A stretch of 64,000 nt of DNA from Rhodospirillales bacterium (GTDB lineage: Bacteria; Pseudomonadota; Alphaproteobacteria; Kiloniellales; JACOMY01). This document shows, piece after piece, positions 18,804 to 30,538 of this stretch. The notes under the pieces are model-generated. The model was not told the DNA's origin. It did not search any database and worked only from the letters and a program-made list of their open reading frames with translations. Made by a program: the position numbers and the translations under genes. The stretch covers positions 361,760 through 425,759 of the forward strand of contig OY770024.1 of NCBI GenBank assembly GCA_963669375.1, in the 5' to 3' direction. Numbering within the stretch: position 1 is the stretch's first letter; each line of letters starts with the position of its first letter.

Positions 18804-20545
18804 TCCACGCCCCCGCCAAGCATCCCCGATCCTCCCGACCCGGGGAACTGGACCTCCGGTCCGGCGGTCGGGCGGTGCATCACGTGGAGGGCCGCGCCAA
18901 GCGCGCGCTCGACACGGGACGCAGCCGCCTCATCGTCGCCGGCTTGGGCTTCGCGCTGGCCTTTTTCCTTATCGGTTCGCGACTCGTCGAGCTGGGCATG
19001 GCCCCGCCGGCACGCGAGCCCTCGCTGGCGGCGACACGCGTGGGCGGCCTGCTCGGCACCGGGCGGGCGGAGATCACCGACCGCAACGGCATCGTGCTGG
19101 CCACTACCCTGCCGGTGGCCTCGCTCTATGCCGACACGCGCCAGGTGCTAGCGCCCACGCGCGCCGCCAAGCGCTTGCGTCAGGTCTTGCCGGACTTGGA
19201 CGAGGCGAAGCTGGTGCGTGACTTCTCCAGCGGCAAGAGCTTCGTCTGGGTCAAGCGCCAGATCTCGCCGCAGAAGCAGTTCGAGGTGAACCGCCTGGGC
19301 ATTCCCGGCCTGCACTTCCAGCGCGAGATGATGCGGGTCTACCCGATGGGCAGCCTCACCGCGCACCTGGTCGGGCACACCAACGTCGACAACCGCGGCC
19401 TGGCCGGTATCGAGCAGGCCTTCGACAAGCGCCTGCGCGAGAGCCACGAGCCGCTGAAGCTCTCGATCGACCTTAGCCTGCAGCATTTGATGGCCGAGGA
19501 ACTGGCGGCCGCGCAGGAGACCTTCCAGGCGGTCGCCGCCGCCGGCCTGGTCATGGACGTCGGCAACGGCGAGGTCCTGGCCAGCGTCTCCCTGCCGGGC
19601 TTCGACCCCTACAAGCCCGAAGACAAGACCGAGGACCAGATCGACCGCAACACGCTGGGCGTCTACGAGCTGGGCTCGATCTTCAAGCTCTTGACCCTGG
19701 CCATGGGTCTTGAAGAAGGCGTGATCCGCCTGACCGACGCCTTCGACGCGCGCCGTCCGCTCAGGGTCGGCGGCTTCACCATCAACGACTTCCACGCCAA
19801 GCGCAGGGTGCTGAGCGTGCCGGAGGTCTTCATCTATTCCAGCAACATCGGCACCGCCAAGATCGGCCAGCGCATCGGCGCCGACCGTCAGCGCGCCTTC
19901 CTCGAGGCCATGGGCATGACCCGCCCGGTTCAGGGCACCCCGGTCGCGACGGCTTGGCCGATGCTTCCCCTGCACCTGAAGCCGGTCAACGTGGCCACCA
20001 TCTCCTTCGGTCACGGGATCGCCGTCACGCCGCTGCACATGGCCGCCGCCGCCGCCGCGACGGTCAACGGCGGCACCTACTTCACGCCCAGCTTCACCTT
20101 GACCGAGCTCCAGCCGGAAGGGCGCAAGCTTTTTTCGCCCGAGACGTCGGCGGCGATGCGCTGGCTGATGCGCCTGAACGTGCAAAAGGGCTCCGGTCGC
20201 CGCGCCGCGGTCAAGGGCTACCTGGTGGGCGGCAAGACCGGCACGCCGGAGAAGCTGGTGAACGGCCGCTATGCCAAGAACAAGCGCATGGCGAACTTCG
20301 TCGCCGCCTTTCCGATGGACCGCCCCCGCTTTCTGGTGCTGGTCATGCTCGACGAGCCCAAGCCGACGAAGGACACGCACGGCTACGCCACGGCCGGCTG
20401 GGTCGCAGCGCCCGTCGTCGGCCGCCTGGTGACGCGCCTGGCGCCGCTGCTGGGAGTCGAACCCGCCGCCGAGGCGGCCGGCCAGGTCGCCGACCAGCAT
20501 CTCATTCCAGCCTCAGCCGGAGGGGAGTTTCTTGCGTCTCGCTGA
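18800..20545 (+). CDS. ftsI: Peptidoglycan D,D-transpeptidase FtsI (PBP3)
   Basis: The SxxK motif (GSIFK), SSN motif (YSSNIG) and KTGT motif (GGKTGT) are present. The position in the dcw cluster fits. Confidence 0.9.
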   Translation: MIHAPAKHPRSSRPGELDLRSGGRAVHHVEGRAKRALDTGRSRLIVAGLGFALAFFLIGSRLVELGMAPPAREPSLAATRVGGLLGTGRAEITDRNGIVLATTLPVASLYADTRQVLAPTRAAKRLRQVLPDLDEAKLVRDFSSGKSFVWVKRQISPQKQFEVNRLGIPGLHFQREMMRVYPMGSLTAHLVGHTNVDNRGLAGIEQAFDKRLRESHEPLKLSIDLSLQHLMAEELAAAQETFQAVAAAGLVMDVGNGEVLASVSLPGFDPYKPEDKTEDQIDRNTLGVYELGSIFKLLTLAMGLEEGVIRLTDAFDARRPLRVGGFTINDFHAKRRVLSVPEVFIYSSNIGTAKIGQRIGADRQRAFLEAMGMTRPVQGTPVATAWPMLPLHLKPVNVATISFGHGIAVTPLHMAAAAAATVNGGTYFTPSFTLTELQPEGRKLFSPETSAAMRWLMRLNVQKGSGRRAAVKGYLVGGKTGTPEKLVNGRYAKNKRMANFVAAFPMDRPRFLVLVMLDEPKPTKDTHGYATAGWVAAPVVGRLVTRLAPLLGVEPAAEAAGQVADQHLIPASAGGEFLASR

Positions 20546-22019
20546 CCTCCTGGCTGCCGTTTCCCTGCCCTTGGCCGGACCGCTAGCGAAGGACCAAGCG
20601 GACCTCGAGATCGAGTCCCTCACCCTGGATAGCCGCAACGCCCGCGCGGGCAGCCTCTTTGCCGCGCTGCCCGGCAGCCGTAGCGACGGCCGTGACTTCA
20701 TACCCGATGCCCTGGCCAGAGGCGCCGTCGCCGTGCTGGCCGCCCGGGGAACGCGGCTGCCGAACGGCACCACGGCGGCGCTGGTCACCTGCGAGAACCC
20801 GAGGAGGTGGCTGGCGATCCTGGCCAGTGCCTTTCACCGACCGCAGCCCCGGCTGATCGCCTGCGTCACCGGGACCAGCGGCAAGACCTCCGTCGCCCAC
20901 TTCACCCGCGGCCTCTGGCAAGCCTTGGGGCACAAGGCCGCCTCGCTCGGCACCCTGGGCGTGGTGCCCTCGGCGGTCCCCGCCCCGCCGGCGCTGACCA
21001 CGCCGGACCCGGTGGCGCTGCAGCGCTGTCTCAAGGACTTGCAGGCAGCCGGCTTCGAGCATGCCGTTCTGGAAGCCTCCAGCCACGGCCTCGACCAGTA
21101 CCGCCTGGACGGCCTGGAGGTGGCGGCCGCCGCCTTCACCAACCTCAGCCACGAGCATCTCGACTACCACCCGGACATGGAGGCCTACTTCGCCGCCAAG
21201 GCGCGGCTGTTCCGGGACCTGCTGCGGCCCGACGGGGTCGCCGTGCTGAACGCAGATACCCCCTACTACGAGGCCTTGACCGGCATCGCCAAGGAGCGCG
21301 GCCAGCGGATCCTCTCCTACGGCGCCAGCGGGGCCGCCAACCTCAGGATCATCGACCAGAAGCCGACGGCGAGCGGTCAGGAACTCTTGCTGTCCCTGGA
21401 CGGAAGGCAAAGCAAGATCGCGCTGCCGCTGATCGGCGACTTCCAGGCCTGCAACGCCGTGGCCGCCCTGGGCCTGGTGATCGGCAGCGGCAGCGACCCC
21501 AAGGCCGCGGTCGCCGCGCTGGAAGAGCTGACGCCGGTGCCGGGTCGCCTGGAGGCCGTCGGCCGGACGCCGAGCGGCGGCAAGGTCTTCGTCGACTACG
21601 CGCACAAGCCGGCGGCGTTGGAGGCGGTCCTGACCACCATCAGACCCTATGTGCGCGGCAAGCTCTGGGTCGTGGTCGGCTGCGGCGGCGACCGGGACCG
21701 CGAGAAGCGTCCGATCATGGGGCGCATGGCGGCCGAGCTGGCTGATCGCGGCATCATTACCGACGACAATCCCAGGAGCGAGGATCCGGCCGCGATCCGT
21801 GCCGCGATGATGGCGGGGCATCCGGGCCTGAGCGAGATCGGCGATCGGCGCGAAGCCATCGAGACGGCCGTGGCGGCGCTGGAAGAGGGCGATATTCTCG
21901 TCGTCGCCGGCAAGGGGCACGAGAGCGGACAGACGGTCGGCGACAGGGTCCTGCCCTTCGACGACCGCGAGGTCTCTCGCGAGGCGATCGCAGCCGCGAC
22001 GCGGGGAACGGCGGCATGA
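20532..22019 (+). CDS. murE: UDP-N-acetylmuramoyl-L-alanyl-D-glutamate--2,6-diaminopimelate ligase
   Basis: A Mur ligase P-loop (TGTSGKTS) and the DAP-specific DNPR motif (TDDNPRSEDP) are present. The start is TTG after a GGAGGGGAG site. Confidence 0.9.
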   Translation: MRLADLLAAVSLPLAGPLAKDQADLEIESLTLDSRNARAGSLFAALPGSRSDGRDFIPDALARGAVAVLAARGTRLPNGTTAALVTCENPRRWLAILASAFHRPQPRLIACVTGTSGKTSVAHFTRGLWQALGHKAASLGTLGVVPSAVPAPPALTTPDPVALQRCLKDLQAAGFEHAVLEASSHGLDQYRLDGLEVAAAAFTNLSHEHLDYHPDMEAYFAAKARLFRDLLRPDGVAVLNADTPYYEALTGIAKERGQRILSYGASGAANLRIIDQKPTASGQELLLSLDGRQSKIALPLIGDFQACNAVAALGLVIGSGSDPKAAVAALEELTPVPGRLEAVGRTPSGGKVFVDYAHKPAALEAVLTTIRPYVRGKLWVVVGCGGDRDREKRPIMGRMAAELADRGIITDDNPRSEDPAAIRAAMMAGHPGLSEIGDRREAIETAVAALEEGDILVVAGKGHESGQTVGDRVLPFDDREVSREAIAAATRGTAA

Positions 22020-23446
22020 GCCCCTCCCCCACGCTCTGGGACAGCGTCGCGACCGCCACGGCGACCGACGGTCGGTCCAACCGGCACTGGTCGGCCGAGA
22101 CGGTATCGATCGACAGCCGCAGCCTGGAGCCTGGCGCGCTCTTCATCGCCTTGCAGGGACCGAGCTTCGACGGCCACGATTTCGTCGCCGCCGCCTTCGA
22201 GCGCGGCGCCAGCGCTGCCATGGTGCACCGGGTCCCCGGGGGTCTGCCGGACGATGCAGCGCTGCTGGAGGTCGCCGACACGCTGCGGGGACTGCGCGCC
22301 CTGGGCGTCGCCGCGCGCGAACGCACGAAGGCCCTCTGCCTCGGCATCACCGGCAGCGTCGGCAAGACCAGCAGCAAGGAGATGCTGCGCGCGGCGCTCG
22401 CCACCGGCGGCAGGACCTACGCTTCGGCGGCCAGCCACAACAACCACTGGGGCGTTCCCTTGAGCCTGGCGCGCATGCCGCTCGACAGCGACTTCGGCGT
22501 CTTCGAGATGGGCATGAACCACGCCGGCGAAATCCGCGACCTGGTATCGATCGTCCGTCCCAGGGTAGCCCTGATCACGCAGATCGCACCGGCGCACATC
22601 GCCTACTTCGCGGACGGCCTGGACGGCATCGCCGCCGCGAAGGCGGAGATCTTCGAGGGTCTCGAACCCGGGGGTGTGGCGGTCATCAACAACGACGCGC
22701 CGCGCGCGCAGCTTCTGAAGGAGAGCGCGCGGCGCACCGCCGGCCGCATTCTCACCTTCGGCGCGAGCGAGGCAAGCGACTTCCGCTTGATCGAGGCCGA
22801 GCCCCTGTCGACCGGAAGCCTGGTCAAGGCGAGCGCGCCCGACGGTCCCTTCACGTTCAAGCTGGGCCTGCCCGGCAAGCACATGGCCTTGAACGCGCTC
22901 GGCGTACTGGCGGCGGCCAGCGCGGTCGGCCTGCCGGTGGAGGCCGCGGCCGGCGGGCTTGCCGAGCTGTCGGCCCTCAAGGGACGCGGCGCGCGGCAAG
23001 AGATCGCCCTGCAGGACGGCGGCAGCATCGTCCTGATCGACGAGGGCTACAACGCCAATCCGGTCTCGGTCAAAGCGGCGATCGCGCTCTTGCAGGACTG
23101 CAATCCCAAGGCGGGCGGTCGGCGCCTCGCCGTGCTGGGCGACATGCTGGAGCTGGGCGATCACTCCGCGGAGATGCACGCCGGCCTGGCCGAGGACCTG
23201 GTCTCCAGCGGCACCGATCTGGTCTTCACCTGCGGGCGAGAGATGGAAGCCCTGCAGGCCGCCCTGCCGCACCGCCTGCGCGGTCCGCATCGCGCGACCT
23301 CTGAGGAACTGGCACCCGCTCTGCTCGAAGCCTTGCGACCCGACGACATCGTGCTGGTCAAGGGATCGCTTGGCAGCCGTATGGCCAGAATCGTCGACGC
23401 CCTCTTAGCTCTGACTCGGCACGAGCCGAGCCAGACGACCGAGTGA
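22016..23446 (+). CDS. murF: UDP-N-acetylmuramoyl-tripeptide--D-alanyl-D-alanine ligase
   Basis: An ITGSVGKTS P-loop is present. The position after murE fits, and there is an ATGA overlap. Confidence 0.9.
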   Translation: MSPSPTLWDSVATATATDGRSNRHWSAETVSIDSRSLEPGALFIALQGPSFDGHDFVAAAFERGASAAMVHRVPGGLPDDAALLEVADTLRGLRALGVAARERTKALCLGITGSVGKTSSKEMLRAALATGGRTYASAASHNNHWGVPLSLARMPLDSDFGVFEMGMNHAGEIRDLVSIVRPRVALITQIAPAHIAYFADGLDGIAAAKAEIFEGLEPGGVAVINNDAPRAQLLKESARRTAGRILTFGASEASDFRLIEAEPLSTGSLVKASAPDGPFTFKLGLPGKHMALNALGVLAAASAVGLPVEAAAGGLAELSALKGRGARQEIALQDGGSIVLIDEGYNANPVSVKAAIALLQDCNPKAGGRRLAVLGDMLELGDHSAEMHAGLAEDLVSSGTDLVFTCGREMEALQAALPHRLRGPHRATSEELAPALLEALRPDDIVLVKGSLGSRMARIVDALLALTRHEPSQTTE

Positions 23447-23458
23447 GGAGGGCGAGAG

Positions 23459-24547
23459 GTGCTTTACTATTTTCTTGTCCCGCTGGCGGACGACTTCACG
23501 CTCTTCAACGTCTTCCGCTATCTGACCTTCCGCACGGGCGGCGCGGTGATGACGGCGCTGATCATCGCCTTCATCCTGGGCCCGCGCATCATCAACTGGC
23601 TGAAGAGCAAGCAGGCGGAAGGCCAGCCGATCCGCGAGGACGGGCCGGAGAGCCACCTGCTGACCAAGAAGGGCACGCCCACCATGGGCGGTCTCTTGAT
23701 CCTGATCGCGCTGACGCTCTCCACCCTGCTGTGGGCCGACCTCTCGAACGGCTTCGTCTGGATGGTGCTGATGGTGACCCTGGGCTTCGGCCTGGTCGGC
23801 TTCGGCGACGACTACCTGAAGCTCACCCGCCGCAATCACAAGGGCCTGCCCGGGCGCCTGAAGCTGATCACGCAGTTCTCCATCGCGCTCGTCGCCGTCT
23901 TCTGGGTGCAGTACCTCTCGCCAGAGCACCTCGACGACGGACTGGCGATCCCCTTCTTCAAGGACGCGCTTATCAACCTCAGCTGGGCCTTCATCCCCTT
24001 CGCCATGGTGGTGATGGTGGGCGCCTCCAACGCGGTCAACCTGACCGACGGACTAGACGGCCTGGCCATCGTTCCCGTCGCTATCGTCGCCGCCTGCTTC
24101 GCGCTGATCGCCTATCTGGTCGGCAACGCCTTCTTCGCCGAGTACCTGAAGATCCTGCACGTGCCGGGCACCGGCGAGCTGGCCGTCTTCTGCGGCGCAC
24201 TGATCGGCGCCTCTCTGGGCTTTCTCTGGTTCAACGCCCCGCCGGCCATGGTTTTCATGGGCGACACCGGCTCGCTTGCCTGCGGCGGCGCGCTGGGTGC
24301 GATCGCGGTCGCGGCCAAGCACGAGCTGGTGCTGGTGATCATCGGCGGCCTCTTCGTGGTCGAGACCATCTCGGTCATCGTGCAGGTGGCGTCCTTCAAG
24401 CTGACCGGAAAACGGGTCTTCCGCATGGCGCCGATCCACCATCACTTCGAGAAGAAGGGCTGGGCCGAGAGCACCGTCGTCATTCGCTTCTGGATCGTCG
24501 CCGTGGTGCTGGCGCTGATCGGCCTTTCCACCCTGAAGCTGAGGTGA
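23459..24547 (+). CDS. mraY: Phospho-N-acetylmuramoyl-pentapeptide transferase
   Basis: The N-terminus is [29 protein letters not shown]. The protein is polytopic and contains [13 protein letters not shown]. Confidence 0.92.
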   Translation: MLYYFLVPLADDFTLFNVFRYLTFRTGGAVMTALIIAFILGPRIINWLKSKQAEGQPIREDGPESHLLTKKGTPTMGGLLILIALTLSTLLWADLSNGFVWMVLMVTLGFGLVGFGDDYLKLTRRNHKGLPGRLKLITQFSIALVAVFWVQYLSPEHLDDGLAIPFFKDALINLSWAFIPFAMVVMVGASNAVNLTDGLDGLAIVPVAIVAACFALIAYLVGNAFFAEYLKILHVPGTGELAVFCGALIGASLGFLWFNAPPAMVFMGDTGSLACGGALGAIAVAAKHELVLVIIGGLFVVETISVIVQVASFKLTGKRVFRMAPIHHHFEKKGWAESTVVIRFWIVAVVLALIGLSTLKLR

Positions 24548-24557
24548 GGCCGCGACG

Positions 24558-25946
24558 ATGATCCCCCTCACCTTCGCCAAGGACCGTAGCTACGCCGTGC
24601 TCGGCCTCGCCCGCTCCGGCCTCACGGCGGCCGAGGCGCTGTCGAGCGCCGGGGCCAAGGTCACCGCTTGGGACGATTCGCCTGTCGCAAGGGAGCGGGC
24701 CGAAGCGCGCGGAATCCCGACCCGGCCCCTGGACGGCTTGGCGTGGGCGGGCATCGACGGCCTGGTGCTGTCGCCGGGAATTCCACATAGCTTTCCCGCC
24801 CCGCACCCGGCGACCGCCGCCGCCAAGGCCGCCCGGACGCCCCTGATCGGCGACGTCGAATTGCTGGCCTTGGCCTGCCCGGAGGCCCGCTACCTCGGCA
24901 TCACCGGCACCAACGGCAAGTCGACCACGACGGCACTTGCCGGCCACCTGCTGCGGCATGCCGGGGTCGCCACGGCGGTGGGCGGCAACCTCGGCACGCC
25001 GGTTCTGAGCCTCCCGGCGCTGGGCGCGGAGGGCATCTATGTGTTGGAGCTTTCCAGCTATCAGCTGGAACTGGTCCGGCATCTGGTGTGCGACGCCGCC
25101 ATCCTCTTGAACATCACCCCGGACCATCTGGATCGCCACGGCGGCTTCGAGGGCTACGTGGCCGCCAAGAAGCGCATCTTCCACGGCCAGACGGCGCCGC
25201 AGACCGCGATCGTGGGCGTCGACGAGGCGGCCGGCGCGGCAATCGCCGACGCGCTGGAGCGGGACGGCAAGAGCCGCCTGGTTCGCATTTCGGTGACCCG
25301 TCCGCTGCCCGGCGGCCTCTACCTGGAGGGCGGCTGGCTGATCGACGACAGCGACGGCAAGGCGGAGCGCCTGGTCGAGCTGCGGGACTTCCCGCGGCTG
25401 CCCGGCCTGCACAACGCCCAGAACATCGCCGCCGCCTACGCCGCCTGCCGGGCCCTTGGCCTGGAGCGCGAGGCCATTCTGGCCGGACTGCCTGGTTTTC
25501 CGGGCCTCGCCCACCGGCAGGAACTGGTGGCGGAGGTGGATGGGGTCCGCTTCGTCAACGATTCCAAGGCGACCAATGCCGATGCCGCGGCCAAGGCGCT
25601 CTCCAGTTACGAGGTGATCTATTGGATAGCGGGCGGGCGCGCCAAGGACGGCGGTCTTGTCGGACTCGATCCCTACTATCCGAAGGTCCGCCGCGCCTTC
25701 TTGATCGGCGAAGCGCAGCAGGACTTCGCGGGCGTCCTGGCCGGCAAGGTCACGGCCGAGTGCTGCGGCGAGCTCGCCTGCGCGGTCCGCGCAGCGGCCA
25801 AGCTGGCCCGCCAGGAGGCCGAACCCGGTGCCGTCGTGCTGCTGTCGCCCGCTTGCGCCTCCTTCGACCAGTTTCCCGACTTCGAGGCGCGCGGCGAGGC
25901 CTTTCGGGCCGCGGTCGCGGCGCTCGACAAGGAGCAGAGCTCATGA
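24558..25946 (+). CDS. murD: UDP-N-acetylmuramoylalanine--D-glutamate ligase
   Basis: An ITGTNGKSTTT P-loop is present. The position between mraY and ftsW fits. Confidence 0.9.
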   Translation: MIPLTFAKDRSYAVLGLARSGLTAAEALSSAGAKVTAWDDSPVARERAEARGIPTRPLDGLAWAGIDGLVLSPGIPHSFPAPHPATAAAKAARTPLIGDVELLALACPEARYLGITGTNGKSTTTALAGHLLRHAGVATAVGGNLGTPVLSLPALGAEGIYVLELSSYQLELVRHLVCDAAILLNITPDHLDRHGGFEGYVAAKKRIFHGQTAPQTAIVGVDEAAGAAIADALERDGKSRLVRISVTRPLPGGLYLEGGWLIDDSDGKAERLVELRDFPRLPGLHNAQNIAAAYAACRALGLEREAILAGLPGFPGLAHRQELVAEVDGVRFVNDSKATNADAAAKALSSYEVIYWIAGGRAKDGGLVGLDPYYPKVRRAFLIGEAQQDFAGVLAGKVTAECCGELACAVRAAAKLARQEAEPGAVVLLSPACASFDQFPDFEARGEAFRAAVAALDKEQSS

Positions 25947-27073
25947 GCGTCGCGCGTAGCGATCAGAGCCTGCTGGCACGCTGGTGGTGGACCATCGACC
26001 GCTGGCAGCTGACCGCGCTCGTCGCCCTGATGGGCTTCGGCCTGATCTTGATGCTCGCGGCCTCGCCGTCGGCGGCAGGGCGTATCGGCATAGAGGACCC
26101 CTTCCTCTTGGCACGCCGCCAATTGATGTACGTGCCGCTGGCCATCCTCATCATGCTGGCGATCTCGCTCGCCACGCCCCGCCAGGTGCGCCGCATCGCG
26201 GCGCTTGGCCTGCTTGCGAGCCTGCTGCTGATCCTGGCGACGGTGATGGGCTTCGGCACCGAGATCAAGGGCGCCAATCGCTGGCTGCAGCTTCCGGGCA
26301 TGTCGCTGCAGCCCTCGGAGTTCGCCAAGCCCTGCTTCGCGGTCATGGCCGGCTGGCTCTTGGCCTCCTGGCGCACGCAGGTGGGCCTGCCGGCCATGTT
26401 CATCGCGCTGATCCTCTGGGCCACGCTGGCCGGTCTGCTGCTGCTGCAGCCCGACGTCGGCCAGGCCTTGCTGGTGACCGGCATCTTCGGCGCCCAGCTC
26501 TTTCTCGCCGGATTGCCGATGATCCTGGTGATGGCCGGCATCATCGCCGCGGTCGGCTTCATGGTCGCCGCCTACTTCCTCTTCCCGCACGTCACCGAGC
26601 GCATCGATTCCTTCCTCGGTCACGCCGGCACCGGCGACAGCTACCAGATCGACCGCTCGCTGGAGGCCTTCCGCAATGGCGGTCTTTGGGGCCGGGGACC
26701 CGGCGAGGGCCAGATCAAGGACAAGCTGCCGGACGTCCACTCCGACTTCATCTTCGCGGTCGCGGGCGAGGAGTTCGGCATCGTCGTCTGCCTGGCCGTC
26801 GTCGCCGTCTTCGCCTTCGTGGTCCTGCGCGGCCTCATCAAGGCGATGGGCGACCAGAGCCTCTTCGTGCTGCTGGGCGCCGCCGGCCTGGCGACCCAGG
26901 TGGGCCTGCAGTCGCTGATCAACATGGCCTCCTCGCTCAGCCTCATTCCGACCAAGGGCATGACCCTGCCCTTCATCAGCTACGGCGGCTCCAGCTACCT
27001 GGCGCTGGCCTTGGCGATGGGGATGTTGCTGGCGCTCACCCGCCGCCGGCCCAGCGCGGAGGTGGCGCGATGA
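25943..27073 (+). CDS. ftsW: Peptidoglycan glycosyltransferase / cell division protein FtsW (SEDS family)
   Basis: The true start MSVARSDQSLLARWWWTIDRW overlaps the murD stop as ATGA. The protein is polytopic and SEDS-like. The listed 661-aa ORF is an upstream extension. Confidence 0.88.
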   Translation: MSVARSDQSLLARWWWTIDRWQLTALVALMGFGLILMLAASPSAAGRIGIEDPFLLARRQLMYVPLAILIMLAISLATPRQVRRIAALGLLASLLLILATVMGFGTEIKGANRWLQLPGMSLQPSEFAKPCFAVMAGWLLASWRTQVGLPAMFIALILWATLAGLLLLQPDVGQALLVTGIFGAQLFLAGLPMILVMAGIIAAVGFMVAAYFLFPHVTERIDSFLGHAGTGDSYQIDRSLEAFRNGGLWGRGPGEGQIKDKLPDVHSDFIFAVAGEEFGIVVCLAVVAVFAFVVLRGLIKAMGDQSLFVLLGAAGLATQVGLQSLINMASSLSLIPTKGMTLPFISYGGSSYLALALAMGMLLALTRRRPSAEVAR

Positions 27074-28188
27074 CCGCACCCACGATCGCCCTGGCCGCCG
27101 GCGGAACGGGGGGCCATATCTTCCCCGCCGAGGCCCTGGCGCGCGCCCTCATCGGGCAGGGCTGCAGGGTCACCCTCATGACCGATCAGCGCGGCCAGGG
27201 ATTTTCGGCCTTGCCGGAGGTCGAGCTGGTGCGGCTGTCCGGCAGCGCCGTCCTCGGCCGCTCCGCCCTGCAGAAGGCCATCGCGCTCGGCGGCCTGATG
27301 CGCGGCGCGGTGCAAGCGCGCGGGCCCTTGCGGCGCAGCGGTGCCAAGGCCGTGGTCGGCTTCGGCGGCTTCGCCTCGGTGCCGCCGGTCTGGGCCGCGC
27401 GCAGCCTGGGCTTGCCGATCGTCCTGCACGAGCAGAACGCCGTGCTGGGCCGGGCCAACCGCCTGCTGGCCGGCAATGCCGCGGCGCTGGCGACCGCCTT
27501 TCCCGAGATCCGCGCCGTCAAGGCGCGCGACCGCTCGCGCCTGCGCCATGTCGGAAATCCGGTGCGCGACGCCGTCGCCGCGCTGCGCGAGAAGGACTAT
27601 CCGCAGATCGGCGTGGACAGCCGTCTCTCCCTCCTGGTGACCGGCGGTTCGCAAGGCGCCAAGGCCTTCGACACCCTGGTGCCGGATGCCCTGGCCCTCC
27701 TGCCGGAGGCGCTGCGCCATCGGCTCGACCTGGTCCAACAGGTCCGCGAGGCCGACCGCGATGCCCTGGCCGAGCGCTACCGGGGTCTCGGCATCACCGC
27801 CAACCTCGCCCCCTTCTTCAAGGACCTGCCGGATCATCTGGCCGCCGCCCATCTCTTGATCGGCCGGGCCGGTGCCTCGACCATTTTCGAACTGGCCATG
27901 GCCGGTCGGCCGGGCCTCCTGATCCCCTACCCCCACGCGGCCGACGACCACCAAAGGGTTAATGCGGAGGCCTTCGCCGTCGCGGGTGGCGGCTGGGTGC
28001 TGACGGAGGCTGAACTCTCTCCCGCGCTGCTGGCCGAGCGCCTGACGTCGCTCTTCGAAAAGCCTGAACAGCTCGCGACCGCCGCCGCGAAGGCCAAGGC
28101 CTTTGCCACGCCCGACGCCGCCGAGCGCCTCGCCTCCCTGGCGATGGAGGTCGCCGGAAGCCGGCAAGCCGAGAGGGCGTTGGCATGA
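27070..28188 (+). CDS. murG: UDP-N-acetylglucosamine--N-acetylmuramyl-(pentapeptide) pyrophosphoryl-undecaprenol GlcNAc transferase
   Basis: The N-terminus is [24 protein letters not shown]. There is an ATGA overlap with ftsW. Confidence 0.9.
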   Translation: MTAPTIALAAGGTGGHIFPAEALARALIGQGCRVTLMTDQRGQGFSALPEVELVRLSGSAVLGRSALQKAIALGGLMRGAVQARGPLRRSGAKAVVGFGGFASVPPVWAARSLGLPIVLHEQNAVLGRANRLLAGNAAALATAFPEIRAVKARDRSRLRHVGNPVRDAVAALREKDYPQIGVDSRLSLLVTGGSQGAKAFDTLVPDALALLPEALRHRLDLVQQVREADRDALAERYRGLGITANLAPFFKDLPDHLAAAHLLIGRAGASTIFELAMAGRPGLLIPYPHAADDHQRVNAEAFAVAGGGWVLTEAELSPALLAERLTSLFEKPEQLATAAAKAKAFATPDAAERLASLAMEVAGSRQAERALA

Positions 28189-29621
28189 GAGCGATGCCCC
28201 TCGACCTCGGCGTCATCCACTTCGTCGGCATCGGCGGCATCGGCATGAGCGGCATCGCCGAGGTGCTGCACAACCTGGGCTACAAGGTCCAGGGCTCCGA
28301 TCTCTCCGCCAACGCCAACGTCAAGCGCCTGCAGGGGCTCGGCATTTCGGTCGCCATCGGCCAGAAAGCGGAGAACCTGGGCGAGGCCGAAGTCGTGGTC
28401 ATCTCCTCGGCGATCAAGAGCGGCAACCCGGAGCTGGAGGAGGCCCGCAACCGCTTTCTGCCGGTGGTGCGCCGGGCCGAGATGCTGGCCGAACTCATGC
28501 GCCTCAAGTGGTCGATCGCCATCGGCGGCACGCACGGCAAAACCACCACCACCTCGATGGTCGGGACCCTGCTGGAGACCGCCAAGCTGGACCCGACCGT
28601 GATCAACGGCGGCATCATCAACGCCTACGGCACCAACACTCGCCTCGGCACCGGCGAGTGGATGGTGGTGGAGGCCGACGAGAGCGACGGCACCTTCGTG
28701 AAGCTGCCCTCGATCGTGTCCGTCGTCACCAACATGGACCCCGAGCATCTGGACTTCTACGGCACCGCCGAGGCGATGCAGGAGGCCTACAAGAGCTTCG
28801 TCCAGAACATCCCCTTCTACGGCTTCGCGGTGCTCTGCATCGACCATCCGGTGGTGCAGAGCCTGATCGGCAGCATCGAAGACCGCCGCATGGTAACCTA
28901 CGGACTGTCGGCCGCCGCCGAGGTGCGCGGCTTCGACCTGCGGCCGCTGGCCGAAGGCTTCCGCTTCTCCGTCGAGTTCACCCAACGCCACAGCGACGAG
29001 ACCGAAGTCTGGCGGGACCTGACCTTGCCGATGCTGGGCCAGCACAACGTCCAGAACGCTCTTTCGGTCGTCGCCATCGCCCGCGAGCTGGGCATGGGCG
29101 AAGAGGTCGTGCGCGAGAGCCTGCAGCGCTTTGAAGGCGTCAAACGGCGTTTCACCCGCACCGGAACGGTCGCCGGCATAACCGTGATCGACGACTACGG
29201 CCACCATCCGGTGGAGATCGCGGCCGTGCTCTCGGCGGCCCGCCAGCACATGATCGGCAAGGCGGAAAGCGGCCGGGTCATCGCGGTGATGCAGCCGCAC
29301 CGCTTCACCCGCCTGGCGCAGCTCTTCGAGGAGTTCTGCGCCTGCTTCAACGAAGCCGACCGCGTCCTGATCACCGATGTCTACGCCGCCGGAGAGGAGC
29401 CGATCGAGAATGTCAGCGGCGAATCGCTGGTGGCCGGCCTGCGCAGCCATGGCCATCCGGCTGCCGACTACCTGCCCGACCCCGCCGTGCTGGCGGCCGT
29501 CATCCACTATGTCGCGCGCCCCGGCGATCTGGTGGTCTGCCTCGGCGCCGGGACCATCACCCAATGGGCCAACGCGCTGCCGGGCGAGTTGGAGAAGCTC
29601 TACGGCGAGGCGGCCTCATGA
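28185..29621 (+). CDS. murC: UDP-N-acetylmuramate--L-alanine ligase
   Basis: The motifs [18 protein letters not shown] and [11 protein letters not shown] are present. Confidence 0.9.
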   Translation: MRAMPLDLGVIHFVGIGGIGMSGIAEVLHNLGYKVQGSDLSANANVKRLQGLGISVAIGQKAENLGEAEVVVISSAIKSGNPELEEARNRFLPVVRRAEMLAELMRLKWSIAIGGTHGKTTTTSMVGTLLETAKLDPTVINGGIINAYGTNTRLGTGEWMVVEADESDGTFVKLPSIVSVVTNMDPEHLDFYGTAEAMQEAYKSFVQNIPFYGFAVLCIDHPVVQSLIGSIEDRRMVTYGLSAAAEVRGFDLRPLAEGFRFSVEFTQRHSDETEVWRDLTLPMLGQHNVQNALSVVAIARELGMGEEVVRESLQRFEGVKRRFTRTGTVAGITVIDDYGHHPVEIAAVLSAARQHMIGKAESGRVIAVMQPHRFTRLAQLFEEFCACFNEADRVLITDVYAAGEEPIENVSGESLVAGLRSHGHPAADYLPDPAVLAAVIHYVARPGDLVVCLGAGTITQWANALPGELEKLYGEAAS

Positions 29622-30538
29622 TGGCGCCCCTGATCGACCAGCTTCCAGCCGTGCGCGGCCGCCTGACGCCGGGCGCGTCGCTTGCCAAGGTCACCTGGTT
29701 CCAGGTGGGCGGAGCGGCGGAGGTGCTGTTCCGGCCTGCCGACCAGGCCGATCTTCTCGACTTCCTCACCGCCCTCCCCGAGGCCGTGCCGGTGACCGTG
29801 ATCGGCGTCGGCTCCAACCTCCTGGTCCGCGACGGCGGCGTCGAGGGCGTGGTGCTGCGGCTGACCCGCGGCTTCGCCGACATCGAGGTGAGTGGTGAGG
29901 AAGTGATCGCCGGTGCCGGCGCGCTGGACGTGAACGTCGCCAAGGTCACGGCCGATGCAGGCCTGTCCGGGTTGGAGTTTCTGGTCGGCGTTCCGGGCAC
30001 GATCGGCGGCGCTGTGCGCATGAATGCCGGCGCCTACGGCCGCGAGACCAAGGACGTCCTGATCTGGGCCGAGGCCGTGGACCGGAAAGGCCGATTGCAT
30101 CGCCTCTCCAACGAGGCCTTGGGCTTCGTCTATCGCAACAGCGCCTTGCCTAAGGACTGGATCGTCCTGCGCGCCGCTTTGCGCGGGACGCCGGGCGAGG
30201 CAGCGCCGATCGGCCGACGCATGCGCGAGATCCAGGGACAGCGCAGCGAGACCCAGCCGATCCGCAGCCGCACCGGCGGATCGACCTTCAAGAACCCCGA
30301 AGGCCTGAAGGCGTGGCAGCTGATCGATGAGGCCGGCTGCCGCGGGCTGACGGTCGGCGGCGCCCAGGTCTCCGAGAAGCACTGCAACTTCCTCATCAAC
30401 AAGGGTGATGCCACCGCCGGCGACCTGGAGGCCCTGGGCGAGGCCGTCCGTCGGCGCGTGAAGGACGTCAGCGGCGTTGAGCTTGACTGGGAGATCAAGC
30501 GCATCGGCCGCCCGGCCCGGGAAGGAGCGGACGGATGA
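29618..30538 (+). CDS. murB: UDP-N-acetylenolpyruvoylglucosamine reductase
   Basis: The sequence reads [38 protein letters not shown]. There is an ATGA overlap with murC. Confidence 0.88.
   Translation: MMAPLIDQLPAVRGRLTPGASLAKVTWFQVGGAAEVLFRPADQADLLDFLTALPEAVPVTVIGVGSNLLVRDGGVEGVVLRLTRGFADIEVSGEEVIAGAGALDVNVAKVTADAGLSGLEFLVGVPGTIGGAVRMNAGAYGRETKDVLIWAEAVDRKGRLHRLSNEALGFVYRNSALPKDWIVLRAALRGTPGEAAPIGRRMREIQGQRSETQPIRSRTGGSTFKNPEGLKAWQLIDEAGCRGLTVGGAQVSEKHCNFLINKGDATAGDLEALGEAVRRRVKDVSGVELDWEIKRIGRPAREGADG

Noticed and set aside
25088-28188. Very long listed ORFs suggest fused or N-terminally extended proteins. These are 25088..27073 (661 aa), 25984..28188 (734 aa), 44704..47250 (848 aa), 46857..48290, 52506..54329, 54118..55398 and 55152..55874.
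   Set aside because: The upstream parts are out-of-frame readings of the preceding gene. Homology-like sequence begins at internal ATGs that have Shine-Dalgarno sites and often ATGA coupling, and those internal starts were used for the calls.
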